Shown here piece after piece: positions 8,602-19,982 of a stretch of 64,000 nucleotides of DNA (the first letter of the stretch is position 1; each line of letters starts with the position of its first letter). The stretch comes from Candidatus Acididesulfobacter guangdongensis (GTDB lineage Bacteria > SZUA-79 > Acidulodesulfobacterales > Acidulodesulfobacteraceae). The stretch is from assembly GCA_004195045.1 (NCBI GenBank), contig SGBC01000004.1, forward strand, positions 28,631 to 92,630, written 5' to 3'. The notes beneath the pieces are model-generated. The model was not told the origin of the DNA, did no database searches, and worked only from the letters and a program-made list of their open reading frames with translations. The translations under genes and the position numbers were made by a program.

Positions 8602-9828
8602 ATGCCTATTTATCAATGGAAGGGCAGAAAGAAAACAGGAGAATATATCACAGGTCAGATTGACGCAACAAGTCCGGAAATTGTCATCGATGAGCTTCAT
8701 AAAAACAATATTTATCCTATTAATGTTGATAAAAAAAGCGAATTCCTGAGTATGCAGCTTACTGCTTCAAAGGAGATAAGTTCTAAAACCAAAATTAACG
8801 ATGATGACCTGATAGTATTTACAAGACAGTTTTCTTCATTAGTGGATTCGGGAGTTCCTATTTTGCAGGGTCTCTCTATAATGATAGAACAGCAAAAGAA
8901 TAAAAATTTAAAAGGCATCTTATCTAAAATTAAAGAAAATATAGAAAGCGGAGGAAGTTTATCAGACAGTTTCAGAAAATTTCCGCGTGTATTTAACGAT
9001 TTATATATAAATCTTGTTGACGCAGGAGAAAAAGGAGGCGTTTTAGATAAAGTTTTCAGACGGTTATCCGTATATTTCGAAAAAACTCTTAAACTTAAAA
9101 GAAAAGTGAAGGGTGCAATGATATATCCTACAATAGTTCTGTCAGTTGCATTCGGAGTTATAGTTATCTTATTAACATTTGTCATACCTGTATTCGCAAA
9201 CCTTTTTGCAAGCGTAGGCGCAAAATTGCCGGCCCTTACTCAGGAGGTAATTAATTTCAGCGATTTCGTTAAATCGTATATATTATATATAATTATCGCC
9301 ATCGGTGTAATAATTTTTTTAGTCAAATCATATTATAAAAAAGAAAACGGAAGACGAAATATAGACCGTTTGATACTTAAGATACCTCTGGTGGGGCTCT
9401 TATTAAAAAAAGTTTCCATCGCAAGATTTTCCAGAACCCTTTCGACAATGATTGAAAGCGGCGTTCCGATTTTATCGGCATTAGGTATAGTGTCTAAAAT
9501 AAGCGGAAATAAAATTATAGAAGAATCTTTAATTAAAGCAAAAGAAGATGTGGCATCCGGAGCCCCGCTTTCTGCCGCGATTAATAAAACAGGACTATTT
9601 CCTCCTCTTGTAATTCAGATGATAATGGTTGGAGAAAAAACAGGAAACCTCGATGCAATGTTGGCTAAAGTTGCCGACTACTACGACGAAGAAGTAGACA
9701 ATGCTGTAACTAATCTGACTTCAATGATGGAACCTGCTCTTATAGTTTTTCTCGGGATTGTAGTAGGCGTTTTGGTTGTAGCTATGTATTTGCCTATATT
9801 TAATCTCGGAAATGCAATCAAAGGATGA
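8602..9828 (+). CDS. pilC: type IV pilus inner-membrane platform protein PilC (GspF family)
   Basis: 408 aa with two GspF-type repeats (FTRQFSSLVDSGVPILQGL / FSRTLSTMIESGVPILSAL) and TM segments. Confidence 0.9.
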   Translation: MPIYQWKGRKKTGEYITGQIDATSPEIVIDELHKNNIYPINVDKKSEFLSMQLTASKEISSKTKINDDDLIVFTRQFSSLVDSGVPILQGLSIMIEQQKNKNLKGILSKIKENIESGGSLSDSFRKFPRVFNDLYINLVDAGEKGGVLDKVFRRLSVYFEKTLKLKRKVKGAMIYPTIVLSVAFGVIVILLTFVIPVFANLFASVGAKLPALTQEVINFSDFVKSYILYIIIAIGVIIFLVKSYYKKENGRRNIDRLILKIPLVGLLLKKVSIARFSRTLSTMIESGVPILSALGIVSKISGNKIIEESLIKAKEDVASGAPLSAAINKTGLFPPLVIQMIMVGEKTGNLDAMLAKVADYYDEEVDNAVTNLTSMMEPALIVFLGIVVGVLVVAMYLPIFNLGNAIKG

Positions 9829-9868
9829 TTTTTGCATCTTATTATTATATCTGTATCATACCTAACAT

Positions 9869-11710
9869 ATGGCAAATAAAAGCCTGAAAAGAAATTTTCA
9901 TATTGAAGGCAGTAACATTTATGAAAAGCTGAAATTTGTCATAGTATTCAGATTTACTGCAATTTCATTAGCGGTTTTAATTTACCTGCTCATATTAATT
10001 AATCACGGTTCGGATCTATTTTTTTATACTGAATACGAAATTTTTATTTTTTTAGTTATCATAGTTTTCCTCACTGTTCTATATTCATTTATAAATTATT
10101 ATATTAAAAAAAGGAATAAAGAAAAATATTTTGCTTTGTTTGGACTAATGCAGATTATTTTTGATTTTATTTTGATATCCGTTTTTGTAATTTTAAACGG
10201 AGGATTGGAAAGCAATCTGATTTTCTTATATTATCTATTAGTTTTAATAGCAGGATTTATTTTTTTAGGTGCCGGTATTATTTTTTTTACGGTGGCTTCT
10301 TCTTTAATTATCGGTTTTATTGCCGACTTGCAGTTTTATTTCAATGTACCTGGACATTACTATTATTTGTATGAGCCTGACAAACTGCTATTTGCGCTCA
10401 GTTTAAATATTTTAGGTTTATTGATATTCGGCTGGATTTTATATAAATTTTCCAATAATATAAAATATTTAAGTAATAAAGTGATAGAAATAGACGAGGT
10501 AATGAAAAATGCGGCAATATTTAACAAAGAACTTATAAATAGTTTTACGCAGGGCGTTATTGTTTTAAACGATAAAAATAATATCGTATTTATAAATAAA
10601 TCAGGAATGGATTTAATAGGTTCGGATGTATTTAATGACTCTATTGTCGGCAAAGCAGGCAGTTTTTATCATTTTAATTTAAAAATAGATGGCATATTCA
10701 AAGACTTTCCGCTAAATATTTTTGATGAAGAGAAAGTCGGCGCTATCCGTTTTGAAGTTAAACACAATGGGAAAATTATAGGTTTTGCCTATTCTGAATT
10801 TAAAGACAATAAAAATCCGGGACGGCGTATTTTGCTTTTTAAAGATATATCATATATAAAAGAATTAGAACTTGACTCAAAAATAAATGAAGGATTAATT
10901 GCTACCGGAAAATTAGCAGGCTGGCTTGCGCATGAAATAAGAAATCCATTGTCTGCAATTAATACTTCTATTGATATTCTAAATTCTGATAATATAAGTT
11001 GTAACATAATAGATGCCGGAGACAATAATGCTGATTTCAGCAAATTGACAGGGATAATAAAAACAGAAACTATAAGATTAGAGTCTTTAGTCAAAGATTT
11101 TCTCGGTTTTGTCAATAGTAAAACCGCAGCGTTTAATACAAACGCAATAGGCAGTTCAGTTAATTTTGAACACTTTAATCTTCATGATTTTTCTGAATAT
11201 ATAATTTCCCAATTTAAGTCATCGGAAGATTATGATATAACAAACAGAATAGACAATAGAATTGATATGTATTTTGAAAAATACCGCCTGCATCAAATAT
11301 TTGTGAATATAATTGAAAATGCTGCCGCTTCGGTTAAATCAAGACATAAAAATAATTTAAGCAATAATACAAAAGGTAAAATAAGAATAAGCGCCATGAA
11401 AATTTCAGGAAAGTTTTCGGCGGGACAGGACGAACATAGCGAAAGCGAACGGGAGAACAGCAAACAGAAGGCAGCCGGCGATTTCTTAATCATGAAATTT
11501 TACGATAACGGAGAAGGCATAGACGAAGATGTTATTAAAAATATATTTAAACCGCTGTTTACCACAAAAAAAAACGGCACGGGCCTTGGACTTTCAATAG
11601 TAAAATCAATAATCGATAATTTTAGCGGAAACATCAGTATAAAAAGCAAAAAAAATAAAGGTACGTTAATTAATATTGCATTACCATTATATGAGCATAA
11701 AAAACGGTAA
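9869..11710 (+). CDS. membrane sensor histidine kinase (PilS-like by position)
   Basis: Multi-TM N-terminus, H-box LAHEIRNPLSAI, and G-boxes FYDNGEGI and GTGLGLSIVKSI. Immediately precedes a sigma-54 response regulator and follows pilC. Confidence 0.75.
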   Translation: MANKSLKRNFHIEGSNIYEKLKFVIVFRFTAISLAVLIYLLILINHGSDLFFYTEYEIFIFLVIIVFLTVLYSFINYYIKKRNKEKYFALFGLMQIIFDFILISVFVILNGGLESNLIFLYYLLVLIAGFIFLGAGIIFFTVASSLIIGFIADLQFYFNVPGHYYYLYEPDKLLFALSLNILGLLIFGWILYKFSNNIKYLSNKVIEIDEVMKNAAIFNKELINSFTQGVIVLNDKNNIVFINKSGMDLIGSDVFNDSIVGKAGSFYHFNLKIDGIFKDFPLNIFDEEKVGAIRFEVKHNGKIIGFAYSEFKDNKNPGRRILLFKDISYIKELELDSKINEGLIATGKLAGWLAHEIRNPLSAINTSIDILNSDNISCNIIDAGDNNADFSKLTGIIKTETIRLESLVKDFLGFVNSKTAAFNTNAIGSSVNFEHFNLHDFSEYIISQFKSSEDYDITNRIDNRIDMYFEKYRLHQIFVNIIENAAASVKSRHKNNLSNNTKGKIRISAMKISGKFSAGQDEHSESERENSKQKAAGDFLIMKFYDNGEGIDEDVIKNIFKPLFTTKKNGTGLGLSIVKSIIDNFSGNISIKSKKNKGTLINIALPLYEHKKR

Positions 11711-13187
11711 AAAAATTCTTATAATAGACGACGAAAAATCTGTTTTAGATTCTTTGGAAATACTTTTAAAATATGAGGGTTATGAAATAACGGCTTTATT
11801 GTCTGCAAGAGAAGCGTTAAAACTTATTGCCGATAATACAGATAGCACATTTAATTTAATTATATCTGATATTTCGATGCCTGATATAAGCGGCATAGAT
11901 TTTCTTTGTCAGTTTAAAGACCTTTATCTTAAAAATATAAATTATTCTTATACGGCTCATCTATTGCCTGTCATACTTATGACGGCGTATTCCGATGTGA
12001 AAACAGCCGTAAATGCTTTAAAAGAAGGGGCGTTCGATTATCTCATAAAGCCTTTTGATACCGATGAATTTAAGATAACCGTTAAAAAAGCGGTAGAATA
12101 TTTTTCCGTATATGACGAACTTAATAATCTAAAAAATAAATTAGTAGATAATGACAGATTAAGGGGAAATATAGTTGGGGATTCGGCGGCAATATCTAAA
12201 ATTATAACCGAAGTAAATATTTTCGCAAAAAGTTTTTCCACAATGCTTATTACAGGTGAATCTGGAACCGGAAAAGAACTTGCGGCAAAACTTGCTCACG
12301 ATATATATTTCAATAAGCGCTCCGACGGCAAACATGGAGGCGAATTTGTTCCGGTCAATCTATCCGCGATTCCTGAAAATCTTATTGAAAGCGAACTTTT
12401 TGGTTACACTAAAGGTGCGTTTACCGGTGCAAATTATGATAAAAAAGGCATTTTGGAATATGCAGATAAAGGTACGCTGTTTCTTGACGAGATAGGCGAT
12501 TTGCCGATGTCTGTTCAGGTGAAACTGCTAAGGGTTCTGCAGGAAAAAACCTTTAGAAAAATAGGCTCAAATAAAGAATATTCTTTAGATATAAGATTTA
12601 TTGCCGCAACTAATAAAGATTTAAACGAATTAATAAGACGAGGCGAATTCAGAGAAGATTTATTCTTCAGGCTTAATGCCATTCATATTGAAATGCCTCC
12701 CTTAAGAAAGCATAAAGAAGATATTCCCTTACTAGTTTCATATTTTATCGGCAATTATTCAAAAAAACTTAATAAAAATATTGCATTTATTAACCAGAAT
12801 GCAGTTTCTATTTTAGCAGATTATGATTATCCGGGAAACATTCGCGAATTGGAAAATCTAATAGAAAGAGCATGTATATATTGCAGAACGGAAGAAATAA
12901 CGGAAAATTGCCTTCCTGACAGTATAAAAAAAAAATCAAATAATATTATTTCAAAAATTAATGAAACAACTTATGAAGATATTTTAAAAAAAATTATTTT
13001 TGTATTTAATGAAATTAATGCTAAAAATAAAATAAGTTTAGAAAAATTTATAGATGATATTGAAAAAAATATAATAATTGATAGAATGGAAAATAAAAAA
13101 CAATCTAAAAAACTGTTGGCAAAAGAACTTGGATTATCCGCAAGGTCTTTAAGATATATAGTTTCTAAAATTGCAGACAGAGGATGA
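11676..13187 (+). CDS. sigma-54-dependent response regulator (PilR-like / NtrC family)
   Basis: Receiver domain (KILIIDDEKS, ISDISMPDISG), AAA+ domain (GESGTGKE, GAFTGA, ...EDLFFRLN) and a C-terminal HTH. The true start may be the ATG at 11691 (MSIKNGKK...). Confidence 0.85.
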   Translation: MHYHYMSIKNGKKILIIDDEKSVLDSLEILLKYEGYEITALLSAREALKLIADNTDSTFNLIISDISMPDISGIDFLCQFKDLYLKNINYSYTAHLLPVILMTAYSDVKTAVNALKEGAFDYLIKPFDTDEFKITVKKAVEYFSVYDELNNLKNKLVDNDRLRGNIVGDSAAISKIITEVNIFAKSFSTMLITGESGTGKELAAKLAHDIYFNKRSDGKHGGEFVPVNLSAIPENLIESELFGYTKGAFTGANYDKKGILEYADKGTLFLDEIGDLPMSVQVKLLRVLQEKTFRKIGSNKEYSLDIRFIAATNKDLNELIRRGEFREDLFFRLNAIHIEMPPLRKHKEDIPLLVSYFIGNYSKKLNKNIAFINQNAVSILADYDYPGNIRELENLIERACIYCRTEEITENCLPDSIKKKSNNIISKINETTYEDILKKIIFVFNEINAKNKISLEKFIDDIEKNIIIDRMENKKQSKKLLAKELGLSARSLRYIVSKIADRG

Positions 13188-13969
13188 TTAATTATCTTAT
13201 AACATTGGAGTATGACGGGTCAAATTATCACGGCTGGCAAATCCAGAATAATTATTCTGCAGAAAATAACAATGTAGAATTAAAAACAATATCCGGAGAA
13301 ATTTTGAAAGCAATTAAAAAAATAACCGGAACAGACACTGAACTGTTTGTTTCAGGCAGGACAGACGCCGGGGTTCACGCATTAAATCAGGTGGCTAATT
13401 TCAAATTGCCTTTTTTACTTAATTTGGAAAAATTAAAATCAAGTTTAAACGGGGTGCTGCCGTATAACGATATCTCCGTTAAAAGTATTGAACTTGTTCA
13501 TAATTCCTTTCACGCAACTTTTGATACCGTATCAAAAACATATCTTTATAAATTAAATAACGGATTTAGAAGCGCGCTCTTGTCAAAACATTCATGGTAT
13601 ATTAAAGATAATCTTAATTTTAGTTTAATGAATCAGGCTTCTAATATGTTTGTCGGAAACTATAACTTTATAAATTTTGCAAAATCTGATAAGAGAAAGT
13701 GTATCGAAGATTATTTCAGAAGAATAACCGAAATTAATATTCAAAAAAAAAATTACGGATTTGACATTTATATAACCGGAGACGGTTTTTTAAGACATAT
13801 GGTAAGAAGAATTGTCGGAGCTATAGTTCTTTGCGGGTTAGGCAAAATTAATATCGAACGTATAAATTATCTGCTTAATGCGGGTAAAACGGCTGCTAAT
13901 ATTACTAAGGCTCCTCCGGAAGGTCTTTTTTTATATTCAATTAAATATAAACATAAATTTTTTTGTTGA
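13184..13969 (+). CDS. truA: tRNA pseudouridine(38-40) synthase
   Basis: YDGSNYHGWQIQ and the catalytic motif SGRTDAGVHA. Confidence 0.85.
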   Translation: MINYLITLEYDGSNYHGWQIQNNYSAENNNVELKTISGEILKAIKKITGTDTELFVSGRTDAGVHALNQVANFKLPFLLNLEKLKSSLNGVLPYNDISVKSIELVHNSFHATFDTVSKTYLYKLNNGFRSALLSKHSWYIKDNLNFSLMNQASNMFVGNYNFINFAKSDKRKCIEDYFRRITEINIQKKNYGFDIYITGDGFLRHMVRRIVGAIVLCGLGKINIERINYLLNAGKTAANITKAPPEGLFLYSIKYKHKFFC

Positions 13970-14032
13970 TATTTATCATTTATTTATTTATAATTAGTAA
14001 ATAAAGTTAACCATTACTAAAGTTTTATCTAA

Positions 14033-14056
14033 AAGTGGGTTTATCCCGCTTTTTTT
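14033..14056 (+). terminator. small hairpin plus T-run between truA and rimP
   Basis: AAGTGGG-tttat-CCCGCTT (7 bp including one G-U pair) followed by TTTTT. Confidence 0.4.
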
Positions 14057-14060
14057 ATTT

Positions 14061-14609
14061 ATGCATGATGATTTATTGAAAAAAATTGACGAACTTGCGG
14101 AAGATATTGCAAAATATTATGGCTGCTATATTGTCGGGTCTTTATTTGTTTCTTCTCTAAAAAATAGAGGGGTTGCTTTGAGAATCTATGCCGATGCGGA
14201 AGGCGGAATAAGCATATCTCAGCTTACCGATATATCCAAAGAATTAAGCATGGTTTTAGATATTAAAGAATTAATTGATTTCAAATATAATCTGGAAGTG
14301 TCTTCCCCGGGTATAGACAGAGTAATTTTTAAAATAAAAGATTATATAAGATTCAAAAATAAACGCGCTAAAATATCTTTAAACGAAAAAATTAGCGGAA
14401 GATTAAATTTTATAGGAAAAATTATTGATGTGTCAGATTTAATAAGCCAAACGGGTGAAAAAATATCGTTAGATTCGTTTAACGCAGACTTAAACAACGC
14501 CGGTTCGAATATTATAAATGCGAATATAAAAATATACGATGAAATAGACGATAAAAATTACGTTATATCTTTTTCAAAAATAAAAAAGGCAAATTTAATA
14601 GCAGAATAA
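14061..14609 (+). CDS. rimP: ribosome maturation factor RimP
   Basis: LEVSSPGIDRV motif. Immediately upstream of nusA. Confidence 0.8.
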   Translation: MHDDLLKKIDELAEDIAKYYGCYIVGSLFVSSLKNRGVALRIYADAEGGISISQLTDISKELSMVLDIKELIDFKYNLEVSSPGIDRVIFKIKDYIRFKNKRAKISLNEKISGRLNFIGKIIDVSDLISQTGEKISLDSFNADLNNAGSNIINANIKIYDEIDDKNYVISFSKIKKANLIAE

Positions 14610-14651
14610 AAATTTTAATTTTATATTTTATATAAGTTAAGGAGTTTAATT

Positions 14652-15947
14652 GTGGCGCAACTTAATACAGAGCATCTTTCTTTAGTTATAGATCAGGTCT
14701 CTAAAGATAAAAATATTGACAGGTCTTTAGTTATAGAAGCTGTTGAGCAGGCTATACTTGCAATTGCACGCAGAAACATCGGAAGCGGCTATGATTTAGA
14801 AGCTCATTATACTGAAGAAACAGGAGAAATCGAAGTTTTTATGTTTAAAGAGGTAGCCGAAGAAGTTAAAAACGACAAAACGGAAATTACACTTGAGGAT
14901 GCTATTGAATACGATGCCGACAGTCATATCGGAGACAGTCTCGGTCTTAAAGTAGAAAAAAATATTTACGGAAGAATTGAAGCTCAGGTTGCCAAACAAA
15001 TTATATTTCAAAAAATAAAAGAAGTCGAACATAAAAATATATTTGATGAATTTAATCTCAGAAAAGGCGAAATTGTAAACGGTCTTGTAAGAAAAGTCGA
15101 AAAATCAATGATAATTGTAGATCTCGGCAAAACAGAAGCTGTTTTACCTAAACAGGATCAAATATTTAGTGAAGTATATAAATCTCATGACAGAATAAGA
15201 GCAGTATTATCGGATATCAAAATGGAAAAAGGAGGTCCGAAGCTTATTCTTTCCAGAGCGTCGGATGAATTTTTAATAAAACTTTTTGAATCTGAAATTC
15301 CTGAAATTTATGATGGGATAGTGAAGATAGTCAAGGTTGCAAGAGCTCCCGGTTTCAGATCTAAAGTTGCGGTTTACAGCAACAGCAGAGATGTTGACCC
15401 CATAGGTGCGTGCGTTGGAATTAAAGGTTTCAGAATACAAAACATTATCAATGAGTTAAGAGGAGAAAAAATAGATATAATTGAATATTCCGATAATCCT
15501 GCTAAGTTGGCTTCAAATGCTTTAAGCCCTGCCGAACCGTCAAAGGTTTCGCTAAATAGCCAGGCTAAGGTTATCACCGTAATCGTCCCCGACGATCAGT
15601 TATCGCTTGCGATAGGAAGGCAAGGACAAAATGTGAGGCTTACGTCAAAATTAACGGACTATAAAATAGATGTTGTTTCCGAATCTAAGTCTGCTAAGAA
15701 AGATATAGAAGGGTACAAAATGCTCATGGATATTCCGGGTATGGGGGATATTATAGCAAGGTCGCTTTATCAGAGCGGTTATTCTACCGCTGAAATTATA
15801 GCAGGCGCAGATTCTGAAAAGTTGGCGAATGATTTATCCGTCGATATTAAAAAAGCGGATAAAATTATTCAATCGGCTCAGGATTTACTTAATCGTCTGC
15901 AATCAGATTTAGAACTTAAAGAACGGATAAACAGGGAAATTAACTAA
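14652..15947 (+). CDS. nusA: transcription termination/antitermination factor NusA
   Basis: GTG start after AAGGAG. S1 and KH domains (GACVGIKGFRIQNI, LAIGRQGQNVRL). Confidence 0.9.
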   Translation: MAQLNTEHLSLVIDQVSKDKNIDRSLVIEAVEQAILAIARRNIGSGYDLEAHYTEETGEIEVFMFKEVAEEVKNDKTEITLEDAIEYDADSHIGDSLGLKVEKNIYGRIEAQVAKQIIFQKIKEVEHKNIFDEFNLRKGEIVNGLVRKVEKSMIIVDLGKTEAVLPKQDQIFSEVYKSHDRIRAVLSDIKMEKGGPKLILSRASDEFLIKLFESEIPEIYDGIVKIVKVARAPGFRSKVAVYSNSRDVDPIGACVGIKGFRIQNIINELRGEKIDIIEYSDNPAKLASNALSPAEPSKVSLNSQAKVITVIVPDDQLSLAIGRQGQNVRLTSKLTDYKIDVVSESKSAKKDIEGYKMLMDIPGMGDIIARSLYQSGYSTAEIIAGADSEKLANDLSVDIKKADKIIQSAQDLLNRLQSDLELKERINREIN

Positions 15948-15950
15948 ACT

Positions 15951-18446
15951 ATGGCAGATAATAACGAAGTAATAAATGAAAGCAATGTTCAAGATTCCTT
16001 AAAAACTGAAGAAAGAAGAGTTTCTAAGGGAGTTATCAGGAGAAGACTGAGCAAAGTTGAATTAACCGGCGATGATAATTCTAAAAATGATAACTCTAAA
16101 GATATAAGCGAAGAACATCTGACATCTGATATGTCGGCAGGATCGTTATCTTCCCAATCTCAAGCAGAAGTTTCTCCTGATAATACGCAAAGCAAAGAAA
16201 ACCCAGTTCATGATTTAAATAATCATGAATTTGTTCAAAACAAATTAAATAAAAATGAAGAAATAGGTGCGTTAAATATAAATATAAAGGCAGAAGGAGA
16301 GCAGAGCGGATTAGCAGACCTGAATGCTAAAAATAACAAATTCGGAACTGCGGGAAGCACTGAAAATTTGCAAAAGGAAAATAAAGATAATTCAGTGTCA
16401 AATGCGAACTTAAAAACAGAAAAGCCTGCCGTTTTACCATTGAATGCAGTTAAGGGTTTAGTCAATGGTTTAAAGGATGCTGCGGAATTAAATACACCTG
16501 AAAATAAATCATTAAAGAAAAATACCGTAAAAAAACAGAATGTAGTTAAACCTAAAAAAAATGAAAAAATAATAGATCTAATTGAAGAAAAAGAATATGT
16601 AGCTCCAAGAAAACCCAGAAAAAGATTTAAGGCATATAAAGATTTTAATAAACATAACGAATATAATTCAACGTTAATAACAGAAAAAAAACAATCTAAA
16701 AAAGTAATTAAAATAAGCAATGGAATAACCGTCAACGAACTTTCTCAGGCAATAGGCGTTAAAGCTTCCGAAGTTATCAAAAAGCTTCTGGATGTCGATA
16801 TTATAGCTACAATTAATCAGATCATAGATATAGATGCAGCTTCGCTTATAACTTCCGAATATGGATATACGGTTGAAAATGTCAGTTTTGATGAAGTCGT
16901 AGCGCTTGAGGAATCTCCTGATGCCGAAGAGTCCTTGGTTCCGAGAGCTCCGGTAGTAACAGTTATGGGTCATGTTGACCATGGTAAGACTTCTTTGTTG
17001 GATGCCATAAGAAAAACAAATGTTACGACCAATGAAGCAGGCGGTATTACTCAGCATATCGGCGCGTATAACGTGAAAGTGGACGATTCGATGGTTGTTT
17101 TCCTTGATACTCCCGGACATGAAGCTTTTACCGAAATGCGGGCTAGAGGAGCAGGTATCACGGATATAGTAATTCTTGTAGTAGCCGCTGATGACGGTGT
17201 TATGCCTCAGACTATCGAAGCTATTAATCATGCTAAAGCAGCTAATGTTCCTATAATAGTTGCAATAAATAAAATAGATAAACCCGGAGCTAATCCGGAA
17301 AAAATTAAAAACAGTTTAATGGAATACGGTTTAGTATCTGAAGAATTAGGCGGTTCTACTTTGTTTTCGTCAGTATCGGCAAAAACAGGACAGGGATTAA
17401 AAGAACTTCTTGAACTTATTATACTTCAGGCGGAAATATTAGAGTTAAAAGCTAATCCTAATAAACCGGCAAGAGGAACGGTAATAGAAGCGTCTCTCGA
17501 TAAAGGAAGAGGTCCTGTTGCAACCGTGCTTGTTCAGAGCGGCACATTGCATATTAACGATAGCGCTGTATGCGGTTTATATTTTGTCAAAGTAAGAGCA
17601 ATGATGGACTATAACGGTAACAAATTAGAAAAAGCAGGTCCTTCTACTCCGGTGGAAATATTCGGATTAGAAGGCGTTCCCTCAGCCGGCGACAGTTTTA
17701 TAGTTTTAAAAGACGAAAAAGAAGCTAAAAAAATAAGCATGGAAAGACAGCTGAAACGGAGAGAAAGCGAATACAGATCATCAAGCAAAATGACGCTTGA
17801 GAATCTATATTCTAAAATAAAAGCAGGCGATGTGAAAGAACTTAAATTAATTGTCAAGAGTGATGTGTTTGGCTCCATGGAAGCTCTTATCCAATCGTTC
17901 AATAAGCTTTCTACAGATAAAGTTAAGGTTGTGATAATTCATAGCGGCGCTTCAGCTATTACGGAATCAGATATTATGCTTGCAAAAGCAACGGGTTCTA
18001 TCGTTATAGCTTTTAATGTGCGTCCTGAGCCTAAAGCTCTTACTTTAAGCGAAACTGAGAATATAGAGATAAGATATTACAATATTATTTATGATGCGGT
18101 AAAAGATATTAAAGATGCAATGGAAGGTCTTCTCGCACCTATAGAGAAAGAGATTGTGGTCGGAAAAGCGGAGGTAAGAAGCGTATTTAATGTTCCCAAA
18201 ATAGGTGCTGTTGCCGGATGTATGGTAACATCCGGGGTTGTCAAAAGAGCGGCAGGAGCCAGGCTTTTGAGAGATAATGTTATAATATACAGCGGACATA
18301 TCGATTCTTTAAAGAGATTTAAAGATGATGTTAAAGAGGTGCAGTCAAATTTTGAATGCGGTATATCCCTTGAAAATTTTAATGATATTAAAATTAATGA
18401 TGTTATAGAAATTTATGAAATTGAATATATAAAACAAACATTATGA
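15951..18446 (+). CDS. infB: translation initiation factor IF-2
   Basis: GTPase motifs [14 protein letters not shown] and NKID. Long low-complexity N-terminal region. Confidence 0.95.
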   Translation: MADNNEVINESNVQDSLKTEERRVSKGVIRRRLSKVELTGDDNSKNDNSKDISEEHLTSDMSAGSLSSQSQAEVSPDNTQSKENPVHDLNNHEFVQNKLNKNEEIGALNINIKAEGEQSGLADLNAKNNKFGTAGSTENLQKENKDNSVSNANLKTEKPAVLPLNAVKGLVNGLKDAAELNTPENKSLKKNTVKKQNVVKPKKNEKIIDLIEEKEYVAPRKPRKRFKAYKDFNKHNEYNSTLITEKKQSKKVIKISNGITVNELSQAIGVKASEVIKKLLDVDIIATINQIIDIDAASLITSEYGYTVENVSFDEVVALEESPDAEESLVPRAPVVTVMGHVDHGKTSLLDAIRKTNVTTNEAGGITQHIGAYNVKVDDSMVVFLDTPGHEAFTEMRARGAGITDIVILVVAADDGVMPQTIEAINHAKAANVPIIVAINKIDKPGANPEKIKNSLMEYGLVSEELGGSTLFSSVSAKTGQGLKELLELIILQAEILELKANPNKPARGTVIEASLDKGRGPVATVLVQSGTLHINDSAVCGLYFVKVRAMMDYNGNKLEKAGPSTPVEIFGLEGVPSAGDSFIVLKDEKEAKKISMERQLKRRESEYRSSSKMTLENLYSKIKAGDVKELKLIVKSDVFGSMEALIQSFNKLSTDKVKVVIIHSGASAITESDIMLAKATGSIVIAFNVRPEPKALTLSETENIEIRYYNIIYDAVKDIKDAMEGLLAPIEKEIVVGKAEVRSVFNVPKIGAVAGCMVTSGVVKRAAGARLLRDNVIIYSGHIDSLKRFKDDVKEVQSNFECGISLENFNDIKINDVIEIYEIEYIKQTL

Positions 18447-18850
18447 TAGAAAGGAATAAAAGGGTTGCAGAATTGATTGCCCGCGAAGTTTCATTAGTAT
18501 TAGAATTTAAAATTAACGATGACAGGCTTAAAAATGTTACAATTTTAAGGGCTGAGATATCGAAAGATCTTAGGTATTGTAAAATTTTTTTTAGTGTTAT
18601 TGCTATAAAAAACGGAAATATTTATGATATGCAAGATAGTACATATTCTGATTATATAGAAAAGGAAGTAAAAAAGGTAATGAGCGGATTTAAAAGTTCA
18701 AAACATTTTATTAAAAAAGAAGTTTTTTCTAAAGTCTTGCTAAGATTAATACCGGATTTAAGTTTTGAATATGATCCTGGTATTGAACAATCATCGAGGA
18801 TTCTTAAAATAATAAACGATAATAAGAAAATCACGGACGATAATTTGTAA
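18443..18850 (+). CDS. rbfA: ribosome-binding factor A
   Basis: RVAELIAREVS start typical of RbfA. Follows infB with overlapping stop/start. Confidence 0.85.
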   Translation: MIERNKRVAELIAREVSLVLEFKINDDRLKNVTILRAEISKDLRYCKIFFSVIAIKNGNIYDMQDSTYSDYIEKEVKKVMSGFKSSKHFIKKEVFSKVLLRLIPDLSFEYDPGIEQSSRILKIINDNKKITDDNL

Positions 18851-18899
18851 TATAATTTTTTTTATAATAATTATTATAATAAAAGGACAAAAAATATAA

Positions 18900-19982
18900 A
18901 TGTATAGGCTAAACAATGCCGGAAGTTTTTCAGACAGCGCAGATGAAATATTTCATTTAATAGAGACGTCTAAAAAAATACTTGTTGCAACGCATGAAAA
19001 TCCTGAAGGCGATGCGATAAGCTCTGCTATAGCTGTAGGGATGTTTTTAAAATCTTTAGATAAAGAAATATATCTTTACGATAAAGACCCGATACCCTTA
19101 AATCTAAGGTTTTTGCCGTGGGCAAAGGAATTTTCTCAGAAACTTCCGGCGGAACCCATAGATTTACTCATTGTAGTAGATTGCGGCGAGATTCAAAGAG
19201 TCGGCGACGGTTATGAAAACATGTTGACGATTAACAGAATAATTAACATTGACCACCACTTTACGAATAATAATTTTGGGCATGCTAATTTTGTTATTCC
19301 GGATGCAAGTTCTACAGGGGAGGTACTATTCTACCTTTTTGCGGCATACGGTGCTAAAGAAAACAAAATAGAATATAAAATCGGCGAAGAATTACCGTAC
19401 AAAGCTGAAGAAAGACACAGAGTGCTGTCTAAAATAAATAAAGATATGGCAATATGTCTTTATGCGTCGATATTAACGGATACCGGTTCATTTAGATACG
19501 CTTCTGCTACAAAAAACGCTTTTTATATCGCTTCTGTCCTGAATCAATATGATATAGCTCCGGCTAAAATCGCCGAAGAAATATATGAAACAAAACCTCT
19601 GGAACAGTATAAGTTGTTATCAAAAAGTTTAGCTACGCTCGAATTAGTTCAAGACGGAAAAATTGCATCTATGATTGGTTCTAAACAAATGCTTAATGAA
19701 ATATTTCAAGATAATGAAAATCAGCAGAAAGGCTTGGCTTTATTTGAAAACTTTGTTAATTATCCAAGGTCTATTAACGGCGTTGAAATTGCTATTTTTT
19801 TTAAAGAAGTTTCTTTTAATGAATACAGATTGAGTTTTAGAGCAAAAAGCTATGCGGATGTTTCTAAAGTTGCAGAAAAATATGGCGGCGGAGGTCATAA
19901 ATTTGCGGCAGGATGCAAGGCAAGCGGAGATTTAAATAATCTTAAAAAGGATATATATGAATACTGCAGAAAAGTTCTCTAG
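18900..19982 (+). CDS. DHH/DHHA1 phosphoesterase (NrnA-like oligoribonuclease/pAp phosphatase)
   Basis: HENPEGDAISS, VVDCGE, NIDHHFTNN (DHH) and GGGGHKFAAG (DHHA1). Confidence 0.8.
   Translation: MYRLNNAGSFSDSADEIFHLIETSKKILVATHENPEGDAISSAIAVGMFLKSLDKEIYLYDKDPIPLNLRFLPWAKEFSQKLPAEPIDLLIVVDCGEIQRVGDGYENMLTINRIINIDHHFTNNNFGHANFVIPDASSTGEVLFYLFAAYGAKENKIEYKIGEELPYKAEERHRVLSKINKDMAICLYASILTDTGSFRYASATKNAFYIASVLNQYDIAPAKIAEEIYETKPLEQYKLLSKSLATLELVQDGKIASMIGSKQMLNEIFQDNENQQKGLALFENFVNYPRSINGVEIAIFFKEVSFNEYRLSFRAKSYADVSKVAEKYGGGGHKFAAGCKASGDLNNLKKDIYEYCRKVL

Noticed and set aside
16235-17231. Antisense ORFs in the track inside infB (16235-16735, 16674-17231). Similar long antisense ORFs lie inside pilC (8712-9185), the M16 peptidase (23498-23935), the RND pump (28281-28700), bioB (41148-41495) and metH (53874-54188, 54564-54881).
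   Set aside because: Each lies entirely within a well-supported conserved gene on the opposite strand. They have low-complexity, hydrophobic or Ser/Phe/Leu-rich composition typical of shadow ORFs.
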